64,000 nucleotides of DNA from Vulcanimicrobiota bacterium (GTDB lineage Bacteria; Vulcanimicrobiota; Vulcanimicrobiia; Vulcanimicrobiales; Vulcanimicrobiaceae), in NCBI GenBank assembly GCA_963844705.1, contig CAWJPI010000005.1, positions 136-64,135 of the forward strand, written 5' to 3'. Positions 51,684-61,626 of the stretch are shown in pieces. The number at the start of each line of letters is the position of its first letter. Positions within the stretch are counted from its first letter, which is position 1. A model generated the notes under the pieces. The model was not told the origin of the DNA. It made no database searches and worked only from the letters and a program-made list of their open reading frames with translations. Position numbers and translations under genes: made by a program.

Positions 51684-52054
51684 ATGGCGTATTTTACTGA
51701 CGACTCCCTTCTTCCCGAAAACATGGCACCGCTGATGATCACGGCGGCGCCCTACGGGCCGATGTGGCTGCCGGAAGATGGCCCACCCGGATGCATCCCC
51801 GTTACCTGGGACGAACAAGTTCAAGCTGCCGTAGATTGCTATAATGCGGGCGCCACGCTGTTACCACTCCGGAACAGGCGCGACAAATGCTAAAGATCGG
51901 AACGACATATAAGACGACCGAGGAGACGCTCGCGCACCTTGGCCTCCCGCCAAATCGCGAACCTGGCCATCAAGGCTTTCTGGTGCTCAAGACCGACGGC
52001 ACCTTTAACGAGCCGACACCCGAAGTTTCGGATGCGCACTTACTGGCGTACTGA
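51684..52054 (+). pseudogene. remnant of a BKACE (3-keto-5-aminohexanoate cleavage enzyme / DUF849) gene with a large internal deletion
   Basis: The N-terminal roughly 60 aa (LMITAAPYGPMWLPEDG...WDEQVQAAVDCYNAGATLL) match a BKACE start. They abut, out of frame near 51880, a C-terminal-like piece (TPEQARQMLKIGTTYKTTEETLAHLGLPPN...) ending at the TGA at 52052..52054. Confidence 0.6.
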
Positions 52055-52671
52055 TGGGCGGGCACGAGTCGATTCGTGTCGTCGGCATTTGCGGCAGCCT
52101 TCGAGCGAACGGGTGGACGAGGGTCGCCTTGAAGATTGCTCTCGCCGGTGCGGAGGAGAGAGGCGTAACCACGGAACTCCTGGATTTGCGCGATTATGAT
52201 CTTCCATTTTGCACCGGCGGAGACGCTGACACACTCCAGGGAAACGCCGGCGTTCAACGGTTACGGCAAAAGGTCTTAGAAGCGAGCGGCATCATCTTGG
52301 CAACTCCGAACTATCACGGCTCGATAAGTGGTGTGCTAAAGAATGCTCTCGACCTGATGAGTACGCACGAGTTCGAGGGTAAAGTCGTGGGTCTTGTTGG
52401 CGTCTCCGGCGGCCGCATGGGCGGAGCTTCGACCCTGAACGCCTTGCGCGCGATTGGACGAACCCTCCACGCCTGGGTCATTCCGTCCGAGGCGTGGATC
52501 TACAATGCCGATTCCGCCTTTACCGAGGGTGGCCACATCAAGGATCTTAGCTCTGAGCAGCGAGTGAAAGATGTAGGCCGGAAGATCGCGCGTTTGACGA
52601 GCATGCTTGCGTCCAAGGAAGCGCGCGAGCTGCTTCACCTGTGGGAAGATGCAGACGAATCAATCGATTAG
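52054..52671 (+). CDS. NAD(P)H-dependent FMN reductase family protein
   Basis: The 205-aa ORF has IRVVGICGSLRANGWT near the N-terminus and ILATPNYHGSISGVLKNALD. Confidence 0.8.
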   Translation: MGGHESIRVVGICGSLRANGWTRVALKIALAGAEERGVTTELLDLRDYDLPFCTGGDADTLQGNAGVQRLRQKVLEASGIILATPNYHGSISGVLKNALDLMSTHEFEGKVVGLVGVSGGRMGGASTLNALRAIGRTLHAWVIPSEAWIYNADSAFTEGGHIKDLSSEQRVKDVGRKIARLTSMLASKEARELLHLWEDADESID

Positions 52672-52814
52672 CCCCGAGGGGAGAACCCACGTTAAGCGAT
52701 CCGGCGCTGCCGATGGCAACGCCAGGTCGGAGCCGTTGCTTAAGTGCTATAGGCATAATTTTTAGGATCGCATTCCTGACGTGATTGAAAATCTCATGAG
52801 TTATTGAGGGCATT

Positions 52815-53537
52815 ATGACGACCGATGAAACCGGACCTTGGGACCTGGCGGCATTTGATACGTTAGAACTTTGGGACCCAGTATGGAGTGCAGCAGTAGA
52901 AAAAGTAACCAACACTCCCTGGAGTGGGACACTGGACCGCAAGACCGTCGAGCTCATTAGCGTGGCCATCAACTCGGCGTGCACAAATCTCAACGCTGAC
53001 GGAACTCGGCGCCACATCCGACGGGCCCTCGATGCGGGCGCGACGCGCGACGAGCTGCTCATGGTACTCAAGATGGCTTCGCTATTGTCGATTCACGTCT
53101 GTAGCCTCGGTGCCCCAATTCTTTTAGAAGAGGCGTCCAATGCTGGCGGAACGGCAAAAGGCGAAGCTGCGGCGACGCCGGTCTGCGATCGGACGCGCGC
53201 CGCCGGGCAATGGAACGTCGCGTGGGACGGGTTTTACCAGATCGACCCGGCGTGGACCGAAGCATTCATTGCTTGTGGGGCTCCAGTCTATTCTGGCGCC
53301 CTCGATCCGAAGCTCGCCGAGCTGCTGAGCATCGCTTTCGATGTATCGTACACCCACATGTACGCGCCGGGCGTTCGCCGCCACATCAAAGCCGCGCTAA
53401 AACTCGGCGCAACCGCGGAAGAGATCATGGATGTTTTCAAGATTTGCGTGGCGCAAGGTGTTCAGGCCTGTAATATGAGCATTCCTATTCTGGCCGAAGA
53501 GCTCGCGGAACGAGGCACCAGGACAAGCGAAGCGTAA
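52815..53537 (+). CDS. carboxymuconolactone decarboxylase (AhpD-like) family protein, two CMD domains
   Basis: The 240-aa ORF has two similar halves: LDRKTVELISVAINSACTNLNADGTRRHIRRALDAGATRDEL and LDPKLAELLSIAFDVSYTHMYAPGVRRHIKAALKLGATAEEI. Confidence 0.75.
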   Translation: MTTDETGPWDLAAFDTLELWDPVWSAAVEKVTNTPWSGTLDRKTVELISVAINSACTNLNADGTRRHIRRALDAGATRDELLMVLKMASLLSIHVCSLGAPILLEEASNAGGTAKGEAAATPVCDRTRAAGQWNVAWDGFYQIDPAWTEAFIACGAPVYSGALDPKLAELLSIAFDVSYTHMYAPGVRRHIKAALKLGATAEEIMDVFKICVAQGVQACNMSIPILAEELAERGTRTSEA

Positions 53538-53616
53538 TTTCAACCGCATTTATGCTCAGCGGAACACTGGCTGAGGCAACCCCTACTTTTGCTTGCTCGC
53601 AAACGGGGACTCTAAA

Positions 53617-54396
53617 ATGACCGATTTTTTCTACCAATCCAGTCCCTGGATACTCCCAACGGTCATGTTGGTCGTGTTGGGCCTGGCGATTGAGCTGCCT
53701 TATCGCCTTCGGGCCCTAGTATCTCTAAAAAATCCCAACCTCGATCCGGTCAATGCGCTGCAGGCTGGTCTCCTCACGCTATCAGCTTTTGTTTTGGGCT
53801 TGTCGTTTTCCCAAGCCTCGGCGCGTTTCGACGCGCGCCGAGCGATCGTCATTGCCGAAGCTAATGCTATCGGTACCGCGTGGCTCCGGGCAGACCAACT
53901 CAAACCCGCAGACTCCAGGCGCTTTCGCCAGATTTTGACTGACGCCACCGCTGCAGGCTTGGCCGTCTATCAAAGCTCTGACGATCCGGAGTTGATGCAA
54001 AGAACAACCGCCGAGGCTAAGCGCGACGAGAAACAACTGTGGGGTATTGCGTCCTCCGCGTTGGATGCTCGAGGAACGATAGGACTGTCCTTGCTTCTGC
54101 AAAGCGTAAACAACCTGATTGATGTTCTCGCGCAACAGCGCCAAGCGTTGGCTAGTCACATGCCGACGGCTATTGTCGTCCTCACGCTTTGTTTAGTTAC
54201 ACTTGGCGCCTTGTCGCTAGGAGTTCGCTTTGCTCTAGATGGGGCGCGCCCCCTCATGCTCAGCATCATTTATGTCCTTGCTTATGTAATCGTAATAGAG
54301 ATGATGATCGATTACGATCGACCGAAGACCGGGTTTGTCTCGGTCAGCCTGACACCGCTGACTTGGCATTTGCGCGAAATGCAGCACGGACGTTAG
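53617..54396 (+). CDS. membrane protein, DUF4239-like
   Basis: Starting from the ATG at 53617 (MTDFFYQSSPWILP), the protein has transmembrane helices at both ends and a helical middle. The family call is from memory and needs an HMM check. Confidence 0.55.
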   Translation: MTDFFYQSSPWILPTVMLVVLGLAIELPYRLRALVSLKNPNLDPVNALQAGLLTLSAFVLGLSFSQASARFDARRAIVIAEANAIGTAWLRADQLKPADSRRFRQILTDATAAGLAVYQSSDDPELMQRTTAEAKRDEKQLWGIASSALDARGTIGLSLLLQSVNNLIDVLAQQRQALASHMPTAIVVLTLCLVTLGALSLGVRFALDGARPLMLSIIYVLAYVIVIEMMIDYDRPKTGFVSVSLTPLTWHLREMQHGR

Positions 54397-54439
54397 CCGC
54401 GGCCTCTGCAGGCCTTCGCGAAAGGGAGCCGTGTAGATT

Positions 54440-55040
54440 ATGCCGCCTCGCAATCCTCCTGTCGGTCCCCTCGACGACCGTTTACGCGATCGTCTTCTCC
54501 CTAGCGCCGCCGTCATATCTCGCAGTGAACCTATACTTCATTGTCGAGAACTTGATACTATTTCTTGCGCCCGTCGCGCTTACCTATGCTGCCCTCAGCC
54601 GCCGGCTCATTGACGTTGGCTTCGTCCTAAACCGGGCGGCGGTATTCTCAGGAGTGTCTATCATCGTCGTCGGCCTCTTCATGCTGGGCGAGTCAGTGAT
54701 CGGTTTCTGGTTTAGTCACGCGACTCATATGACGAACCTAGAGGTCAGCACGGCGTTGGTGATCGGCCTGGGGTTCTCGGTACGGGCGATCCACTCGCGG
54801 GTCGAGCGCGTGCTCGACCAGATATTTTCCGCAAGCGGCACGAGGACGAGGCCGCAATTCGCACCTTCGCCGACGAGGTGGCCGAGGTCACCGACGATGC
54901 AACCCTGCTGCGGGGCACGCGGGAAACGTTCGAGACCCATGCCGACGCTTCGTTTGTAACGCTCGCAATGGACGACGGCGCCGGCCACTACGGCGATGTG
55001 AGCGCTAGTGATCCGGCGATTGTTGCGCTGCGCGACCGGT
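54440..55040 (+). pseudogene. membrane sensor with GAF-like C-terminal domain, 5-prime part, interrupted by IS21 element and carrying frame changes
   Basis: Hydrophobic segments (LAVNLYFIVENLILFLAPVALTYAAL, AAVFSGVSIIVVGLFMLGESVIGFWF) are followed by LDQIF(F)RKRHEDEAAIRTFADEVAEV after a T-run frame change near 54825-54828. A second T-run change lies near 55019-55022. The start codon is uncertain. Confidence 0.55.
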
Positions 55041-55165
55041 GGTAACGGCACCGAGGTTTTGACCCCCTAGCGGCATCCGAAATTGACCCCTCACAGAACG
55101 AGGGCGCTCCTCTCGAAGGACGGGCTTAACACACAAGTCCCTCCCCAAGAGGAGCACCGAGGAGG

Positions 55166-56660
55166 TTGATTACTTTGGATACGTGGGAAACCATTCGGCT
55201 TCGCTGCGTCCGCGACGGCGAGCCTATCAAAACGGTCGCTCGTGATCTCGGTCTTTCAAAGAACACGGTTAAGAAATACGTGCGCTCGCTGCAATCGCCG
55301 CAGCACCACGGCCTCAAACGCGCACCTCGCCTAGATGCCTATCGCTATCACATCGATAACTTGCTGCGTCGATCGCCAAAGATAACGGCGGTGCGCATCG
55401 GCGCGCAGCTGCGAGCATTCGTCGATCCGGATCTGCAGGTGAGCGAACGCTCTTTGCGTGAGTACGTTGCAAACCGTCGGCGCGAGATCGTCGGCAAAGA
55501 GGCATTCGTGCGAGCGCTCTACGTTCCCGGCGATCAGATGCAGTTCAGACTTCACGCCCGTCAACCTCGTCGTCGCGGGCGTGCTCACTAGGGTACATCT
55601 GTTTGTTGCGCGGCTCAGCTACAGCGGGCGGCTCTTCGCGCGCGTGTCGTTTCGCGAAGACCAGGTGGCGCTCTTCGCCGGCGTTTTGGGCGCCGTCGTG
55701 CATTCGGCGGTGTTCCGCGCGTCGGGCTCTTCGATAACGCCAAGACGGCGGTCACGCGCATCTTGCGTGGCCGCAACCGCGAAGAGAACGAGGCGTTTCG
55801 ATCGTTCTGCGGTGGCCTGGCGCTCGAAGTGGAGTTCGCCGCTCCGGCGAAGGGCAACGAAAAGGGTGGCGTCGAGGGCTTCAACGGCTTTGTTGAAGAC
55901 AACATGTTTCGACCAACCCCGGAGTGCGAGAACCTCAAGGAGTTCAACCTCGCGCTCGAGCACTTCTGCAAACGCGATGAGGCGCGCCAATCGTCGGTTC
56001 ATCGCGAAACGATTGGCGAGCGTTTTGCCCGCGAGCTGCCAAAACTGCGGCCGTTACCGGCGGCACTTCCGGCGCCCTGCGTGCGACGGATCGCCCGCAT
56101 AAACAAGTTCGCCGAAGTGATCTGCGATACCAACCGCTACTCGGTGCCGAGCCGGTGGGCACATCGGAATGCCGTCCTCGAAATCTTCGAGAATCTGTTG
56201 CGCATCGTCGTTCAACGATCAGCTCGTTGCCGAGCATCAGCGCTGTACAGGCAAGCACCAAACGATGCTCGACGTCCGCCACGCCATCGAACTGCTGGCC
56301 TTTAAGCATCGTAGCATCGAGCGAGCCGAAATCATCGCGCAAAGCCGCCTGCCGGCGCCGCTGCTGGCTCTGCGCGATCGATTGCTGGCCGAAGATCGAG
56401 CCCGAGCCGGCCGCGCGTTTGTGGCGGTTCTACGGCTGTTGCTCACGTACTCCAGCGAGATTGTCGCCGAATGCGTCTCGCAGGCGCTGATCTGCGGAAC
56501 CCTCGACCCGGCAGCGATCGCATTACTTGTGCGCCAGCGCACGACGCCGCTTCCACCGGCGGCGCCGATCCTGGCGTTGCGGGCGCCCGATGGCATGCAG
56601 CGACCGGTCGTTGATCTGAAGCGCTACGATCTGGCAACGCTAGCCGAAGGGAGAGCGTAA
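55166..56660 (+). pseudogene. istA: IS21-family transposase IstA, three frame changes (near 55535, 55700 and 56210)
   Basis: The HTH N-terminus is TIRLRCVRDGEPIKTVARDLGLSKNTVKKYV. The DDE core pieces are GDQMQFDFTPV and FGGVPRVGLFDNAKTAV...GNEKGGVEGFNGFVEDN. The C-terminus lies in ORF 56169..56660. Confidence 0.85.
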
Positions 56661-57415
56661 TGGATCAACATCCGCTGCTCGAGTTGCACCTTCGCAGCCT
56701 GAAGCTGCCAGCGATGCTTGGCAACTACCGACGATTGGCGAGCGAGATTGCTCAACCGATCGAGTACATCACGCAGCTAGCCGCCTTGGAAGTCAGTAAA
56801 CGCCATGAGAACGGAGTGCGCGCGCGGATCGCCGCCGCGCACTTCCCCGTCATCAAGACCATCGAGTCGTTCGACTTCGCTCTGCAACCGCAACTTCCCA
56901 AGGCGAAGTTCTTGGAACACTTCGACTGCTCGTTCGTCGAGCAGCACCGCAACGTGATATGCATCGGTCCACCGGGAACTGGCAAAACTCACTGCTTGCT
57001 CTCACTTGGCCTAGCAGCATGCACACGAAACTATCGCGTGATTTTTGTCACCGCAGCCGAGCTGCTGATGGGATTGATCGCAGCCAAACACGAGGGGCAA
57101 CTCGAACGCAAGCTGCGATCCTACGAACGCTACGATCTGATGCTAATCGATGAGCTGGGCTACATTCCGTTTGAACGGGAGGCAACGGATTTGCTCTTTC
57201 AAGTTATCTCGCGCCGATACGAACGCCAGAGCGTCGCGATCAGTACCAACCTCGCGTTCACCGATTGGACGAACATCTTTCCCGATCCGATGGCGGCCAC
57301 GGCCGTTATCGATCGGCTCGTCCATCACGGCTCGATCTTCGAGTTCGCCGGCGAGAGCCAGCGCCTCAACTCCCGGCAACGCCGCGGGAAAAGTTCCGGC
57401 GGCGGCGTAATCTGA
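56660..57415 (+). CDS. istB: IS21-family helper ATPase IstB
   Basis: The intact 251-aa ORF has Walker A GPPGTGKTH and Walker B LMLIDELGY. Its ATG overlaps the istA stop as TAATG. Confidence 0.9.
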   Translation: MDQHPLLELHLRSLKLPAMLGNYRRLASEIAQPIEYITQLAALEVSKRHENGVRARIAAAHFPVIKTIESFDFALQPQLPKAKFLEHFDCSFVEQHRNVICIGPPGTGKTHCLLSLGLAACTRNYRVIFVTAAELLMGLIAAKHEGQLERKLRSYERYDLMLIDELGYIPFEREATDLLFQVISRRYERQSVAISTNLAFTDWTNIFPDPMAATAVIDRLVHHGSIFEFAGESQRLNSRQRRGKSSGGGVI

Positions 57416-57475
57416 CCCCATCGGGGGTCAGTTTTTCGCCGCCGAAAAGGGGTCAGTTTCTCGCCGCCGTTCCCA

Positions 57476-57714
57476 ACCGGCATAAGGTGCTCGACCTGCA
57501 TACGCTTTCGACCTAGCTGCGAGGCGAATTTGCTTATCCGATGATCGCGCGCGGACGGTTGGTCGGCGCGCTCGTGCTCGGTCCCAAACGATCGGGCGAA
57601 TCGTACGCTCCCGACGAGTCGCATGCGATGATGCACCTTGCCCATAGCGTCGGCGGCGCGTTCCATATCCTTTCCCTTGCAAAGGTTCTACAAGAGCATC
57701 ATTTACAGGCGTGA
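57476..57714 (+). pseudogene. 3-prime part of the IS-interrupted GAF-like sensor gene, with an in-frame TAG at 57514..57516
   Basis: Removing the IS and one ACCGG copy joins ...VALRDR to HKVLDLHTLST-stop-LRGEFAYPMIARGRLVGALVLGPKRSGESYAPDESHAMMHLAHSVGGAFHIL in a single frame. Confidence 0.6.
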
Positions 57715-57888
57715 TTGCCTAGGAGCGCCACCTACAGCTTCCGACCGCCACGGCGTTGAGCCGCGGAGCACTCCCGGCTTCGACCGGAGCCGGCCTTACA
57801 TCGACGAGTTGCCGCCTATCGGGGCCGTAACCGTTCGCCCGAACGTCGCTAAGGGAACGGGGCCGCGCACTAGAGTAAGACCCTTTAC

Positions 57889-58491
57889 ATGAGATCCGCT
57901 GCCTGGCGCGCGGTGATTCTGGCGCTTTGCGCAGCTGCTGCACTGTCTGCGTTGACCAGCGTCGCCAGCATCGTCGGATTAGGGGGCGCTCCACCGTGGA
58001 GCGGCAGGTGGGGATGGGTCGGATCCTTCGCGCCACCCTTTAGCCAAGAAGTAGACGCTATCGCCCCAGGTGGCCCGGCCGACAAAGCTGGCGTTCGCCC
58101 CGGCGATGCGATCGATTTACGGGCCAACACGCTGCAAGAGCGTTATTGGATTCAACTGCGTCCGCTCAATGGGCGTCCGATTACGATCTTAGTACGCAGA
58201 GGCGCCTTACAACGTGGGATGGTTGTCAAACCAGTTAGCCTCGAAAGCGCCAGCAAGAACTGGACTGAGTTTCTCGTCTACGGAGTCCCGTTCTTCACCC
58301 AACCGTGCCTGACACTTTGGATCGGCTTCTTCGCTGGGCTGATCGCGTGGCGACGTTCTCACGTGCCCGAAATGCGACTGCTGGCTTTAACCCTCGCCGC
58401 TGGGCCAGGATGCCCAGTAGCGCGGACCGGTCAAGTTTTGGTACACTGGGGTTCGTCATCGGGTCTCCTTCACGTTCGATTTCGTAGTTGA
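57889..58491 (+). CDS. PDZ-domain membrane protein (possibly truncated)
   Basis: The 200-aa ORF has a signal/transmembrane N-terminus and a PDZ-like core (VDAIAPGGPADKAGVRPGDAIDL...GRPITILVRRG). Hydrophobic segments follow. The C-terminus looks non-native. Confidence 0.5.
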   Translation: MRSAAWRAVILALCAAAALSALTSVASIVGLGGAPPWSGRWGWVGSFAPPFSQEVDAIAPGGPADKAGVRPGDAIDLRANTLQERYWIQLRPLNGRPITILVRRGALQRGMVVKPVSLESASKNWTEFLVYGVPFFTQPCLTLWIGFFAGLIAWRRSHVPEMRLLALTLAAGPGCPVARTGQVLVHWGSSSGLLHVRFRS

Positions 58492-58647
58492 CATGAAGTT
58501 GGCTCGATGGCGTTTTGCTATCCTTGAAGGATTAACTCACGCCGAAAGTACACACGCGCGGGGACTTGGCCCGCAAACGCGAAAGCGCCCACACTTAAAG
58601 GAAGCGCGGCACGACCAAAAAAATCAACATAAATCAACTCCTTAACC

Positions 58648-58947
58648 TCAATGGGTCCCTGGCGATTCGATCCCGGTATCGTTCATCCCGCAGTCAACTA
58701 CCATCAGTTTGTACTGGTTTACTTCGCCATAACGAACGATAATTGCATCACCCGCTTTTGATGCTTTTCCAACGGCCAGAAATTCAATCTCGCATTTCAC
58801 GTTTAACACTACTTTCTCGTAAGGTAGACGACCCGGTCGAACTCCGGAAGAAGGATGGGCGAAACCGAGCGCTGGCCATATCGGGTCATACAAGCTAGCT
58901 AGCCCACTCATGTTACCTTGTTGGCCGGTGGATATGCAATCGGGCAC
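58648..58947 (-). pseudogene. N-terminal stub of an MBL-fold (ComEC-like) hydrolase gene
   Basis: VKCEIEFLAVGKASKAGDAIIVRYGEVNQYKLMVVDCGMNDTG resembles the first roughly 45 aa of MBL-fold hydrolases, then stops. It sits in a markedly A+T-richer patch. Confidence 0.35.
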
Positions 58948-59099
58948 CCCCTTTCACGAGCGGGTCATCGGCGCCATGCCAATAGAGCCCGGACCCGAGG
59001 CCGCTTTGGCCCCGGCGACCTCGCTCTAGCGATGGAACCAAGGCCCAGCGCCGAACGTCCCTAGCCGTCGGAGCGTTCAGACTCCAGGAGGCGGGAGAA

Positions 59100-60401
59100 A
59101 TGAGGATTTCAGGCTTTGGCCGTTGCGCTCTGAACAACTGCGTGGCTGCCGCAATGCTCGCTGGCTGCGGCGGATGGCAGCCGCCGATCGGCGCGCCGGA
59201 CGCGACGGCGAAAAGCCTCGCAATGGCTCAGCCCTTTCAGCATCCTAGATTATCGGTAGCCCGGCGAGCCAGCACCGATGGCATCTTTCCGATGACCCGA
59301 TTAGTCCCCATAAACGGCAAGCTGTACGGCACGACCTCATGGGGCGGCGCCTATTGTCCTACACGCAGCCGCGGCGGCTGCGGGACCGTGTTCAGCATCA
59401 CGACACGCGGTACAGAAACGGTGTTGCACAGTTTCGGCGAAGGGTCTGACGGTATCGGGCCGTCAAGTATGATCTTCGTCGGCGACGGGCTCTATGGTAC
59501 CACCTTGAGCGGCGGCACTCACGGCAATGGCGTCGTGTTTAGCATTACAACAAGCGGCGAGGAGCACGTGATGCACAGTTTCGGTAAGCCACCCGACGGA
59601 AATGAGCCCACCGGACTTACTAACGTCCACGGAACGCTGTACGGTACGACATACGCCGGTGGCGCTTACGGCTTTGGAACCGTCTTCAGCGTCACGAAGA
59701 GCGGCGCGGAGCACGTGGTACACAGCTTTGGGCAAGGGTGCAACAGCAGGTATTGCGAGGCCGGCTATAAACCGTACGGACGCCTGCTTGAAGTCGGCAG
59801 CCGCCTGTACGGCACCACGTGGAGCGGCGGAGCGAAGAATGAGGGAGTCGTGTTCAGCGTGAGCATGACTGGGCAAACAAAAGACCTTTACAGCTTCATC
59901 GACGAGGGTCCCAGCGGTGATTCCGCAGGGGCAAATGGCGGCCTGGTGGACCTCGGTGGTGTGCTCTACGGTACGACGTACGCGGGAGGATATAAAACCG
60001 ACCAGGGAACGGTGTTCAGCGTCACCAGCAACGGCACCGGGAAAGTGTTGCACAACTTCGACGCAGAATGCGGCAGACGCGTCGATGGCGCTCGCCCGGC
60101 AGCGCCCCTGATGGATGTCAACGGCACGCTCTACGGCACGACAACTGCCGGAGGCAAATACGGAAGCACCTACTATTGTGATGGTTCCGGCACCGTGTTC
60201 AGTGTTACCCCGAGCGGCAGAGTGAAGGTGTTGTACAGCTTCGGTTCTACGAGCGGCGACGGCTCATATCCGGTGGCGGAGCTGACTAGGCTGAACGGCA
60301 AACTCTACGGCACGACGTATTATGGAGGCGCTTGCAACGATGGCACCGTCTTCAGCATCACCCTAAGCGGCAAAGAAAAGGTGCTACACAGCTTTTGTTG
60401 A
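59100..60401 (+). CDS. lipoprotein with seven LYGTT-type tandem repeats (Gloeo_Verruco/GloVer-like), intact
   Basis: The 433-aa ORF has the leader MRISGFGRCALNNCVAAAMLAGCGGWQPPIGAP. Seven repeats of the form G(K/T)LYGTTxxGGxxxxGTVFSxTxxGxExVLHSF follow. Confidence 0.8.
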   Translation: MRISGFGRCALNNCVAAAMLAGCGGWQPPIGAPDATAKSLAMAQPFQHPRLSVARRASTDGIFPMTRLVPINGKLYGTTSWGGAYCPTRSRGGCGTVFSITTRGTETVLHSFGEGSDGIGPSSMIFVGDGLYGTTLSGGTHGNGVVFSITTSGEEHVMHSFGKPPDGNEPTGLTNVHGTLYGTTYAGGAYGFGTVFSVTKSGAEHVVHSFGQGCNSRYCEAGYKPYGRLLEVGSRLYGTTWSGGAKNEGVVFSVSMTGQTKDLYSFIDEGPSGDSAGANGGLVDLGGVLYGTTYAGGYKTDQGTVFSVTSNGTGKVLHNFDAECGRRVDGARPAAPLMDVNGTLYGTTTAGGKYGSTYYCDGSGTVFSVTPSGRVKVLYSFGSTSGDGSYPVAELTRLNGKLYGTTYYGGACNDGTVFSITLSGKEKVLHSFC

Positions 60402-60604
60402 GACGGATGCCATTTAACGAACGCCACTCGATCAAACTGACCGCCGCCATCCGTATCTCGTTACCCTGGCCGCCTCGCCCGCGTCGCGTCGTCGCGCGAA
60501 GGCTTTGCTGCGCTTTGCAGGCGCTGATCACATCGCGATGGAACTGAGATCGAACGCCGAAGACGCCCACCCAATCCATCCATTGCGTTTCGGAGGCACA
60601 GTAA

Positions 60605-61589
60605 ATGCGAGTCTTAGGTTTTGGTAGCTACGCTCTTAGCATCTGCGCGGCAGTAGCAATGCTGGCAGGCTGCGGCGGGTCGCAGCCGCCGATCGGGACT
60701 CCTCTGCCGGGAGTTGGCCTTCTCGCTCCCGAGTCGGCATCCGCTCTCAACACCCAGCACGGTCATCGAGCGTCGAGCGTACGGCGATTTGATATACGCA
60801 AGCGGGCCTCCCGGCTGGATTTACAGGTTCGACTACCCGAGCGGAGATTTTGTCAGTGACTTCAGCGCAGGAATATATGTTAGTGGGATGTGCACAGACA
60901 CGAGCGGTAACGTATATGTCTTAGGGTTCGAAGACTTTAGCACCATCCTAAAATATGCGCATGGTGCGACTAAACCAACCTCAACGATCACGCTACACGG
61001 GTACGATGCATTTTCATGCGCGGTCGATCCTACAACGGGGAACCTCGCCGTTCTCGCCAATAATACTGGCAACCAGGTTATAGCGGCAGTCTATCCGGAG
61101 GGCAGCGGCACGCCGACCACCTATACGCTGCCAGTTGGAACGCAGCGGGGGAAACACGGCTGTACGTATGATGACTCCGGCGATTTATTCGTGGAAGTCC
61201 AAAGCAAGAACTACCGCGCCGATGACATTGCTGAGCTTCCCAACGGCGGAAGCTCCTTTTCAATCCTCACGCCAAATCGGAACATCAAAGTCAAGACGCT
61301 GCAGTGGGTTTCCTCGGACCTCGCAGCCGTCGGCAAGGGCGTGGTTTACAGCTTAGCCATCTCGGGCTCAAGCATCCAGGTCACCGGGGAGACGAAAACT
61401 GATCAATCGGGGAATCTCGGCTGGATCCAGGAGTCCAACGTTCTGGTCGCCCTCTATGGCGCTCACAAAAGGGATGAACTCGCGTACTGGAACTATCCTA
61501 AAGGCGGCAAGGCGACCAAAATCATCCAAAGGGTGAACAAGAACTTTAAGGACATCAACGGCGTGGCCGTTAGCACGGTGGGAAGCTAG
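60605..61589 (+). pseudogene. beta-propeller-like lipoprotein (paralogue of 35872..36898), one frame change near 60730-60790
   Basis: The leader MRVLGFGSYALSICAAVAMLAGCGGSQPPIGTP is in one frame. The body is in ORF 60714..61589 (LIYASGPPGWIYRFDYPSGDFV...LKYAHGATKPTSTI...LAYWNYPKGG). Confidence 0.65.
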
Positions 61590-61626
61590 TGACCTGCGCT
61601 GACCAACGCAAACGAGATACGCGGCG

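Larger units (their letters stand above)
55041..57475 (+). mobile_element. IS21-family insertion sequence, complete (2435 bp)
   Basis: The termini are 5-prime TGG...CCA 3-prime. The imperfect inverted repeats match at 20 of 27 positions (TGGTAACGGCACCGAGGTTTTGACCCC against the reverse complement TGGGAACGGCGGCGAGAAACTGACCCC). Extra internal TGACCCC/GGGGTCA copies lie at 55085, 57413 and 57424. The 5-bp direct target duplication ACCGG lies at 55036..55040 and 57476..57480. The element carries istA and istB. Confidence 0.9.
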
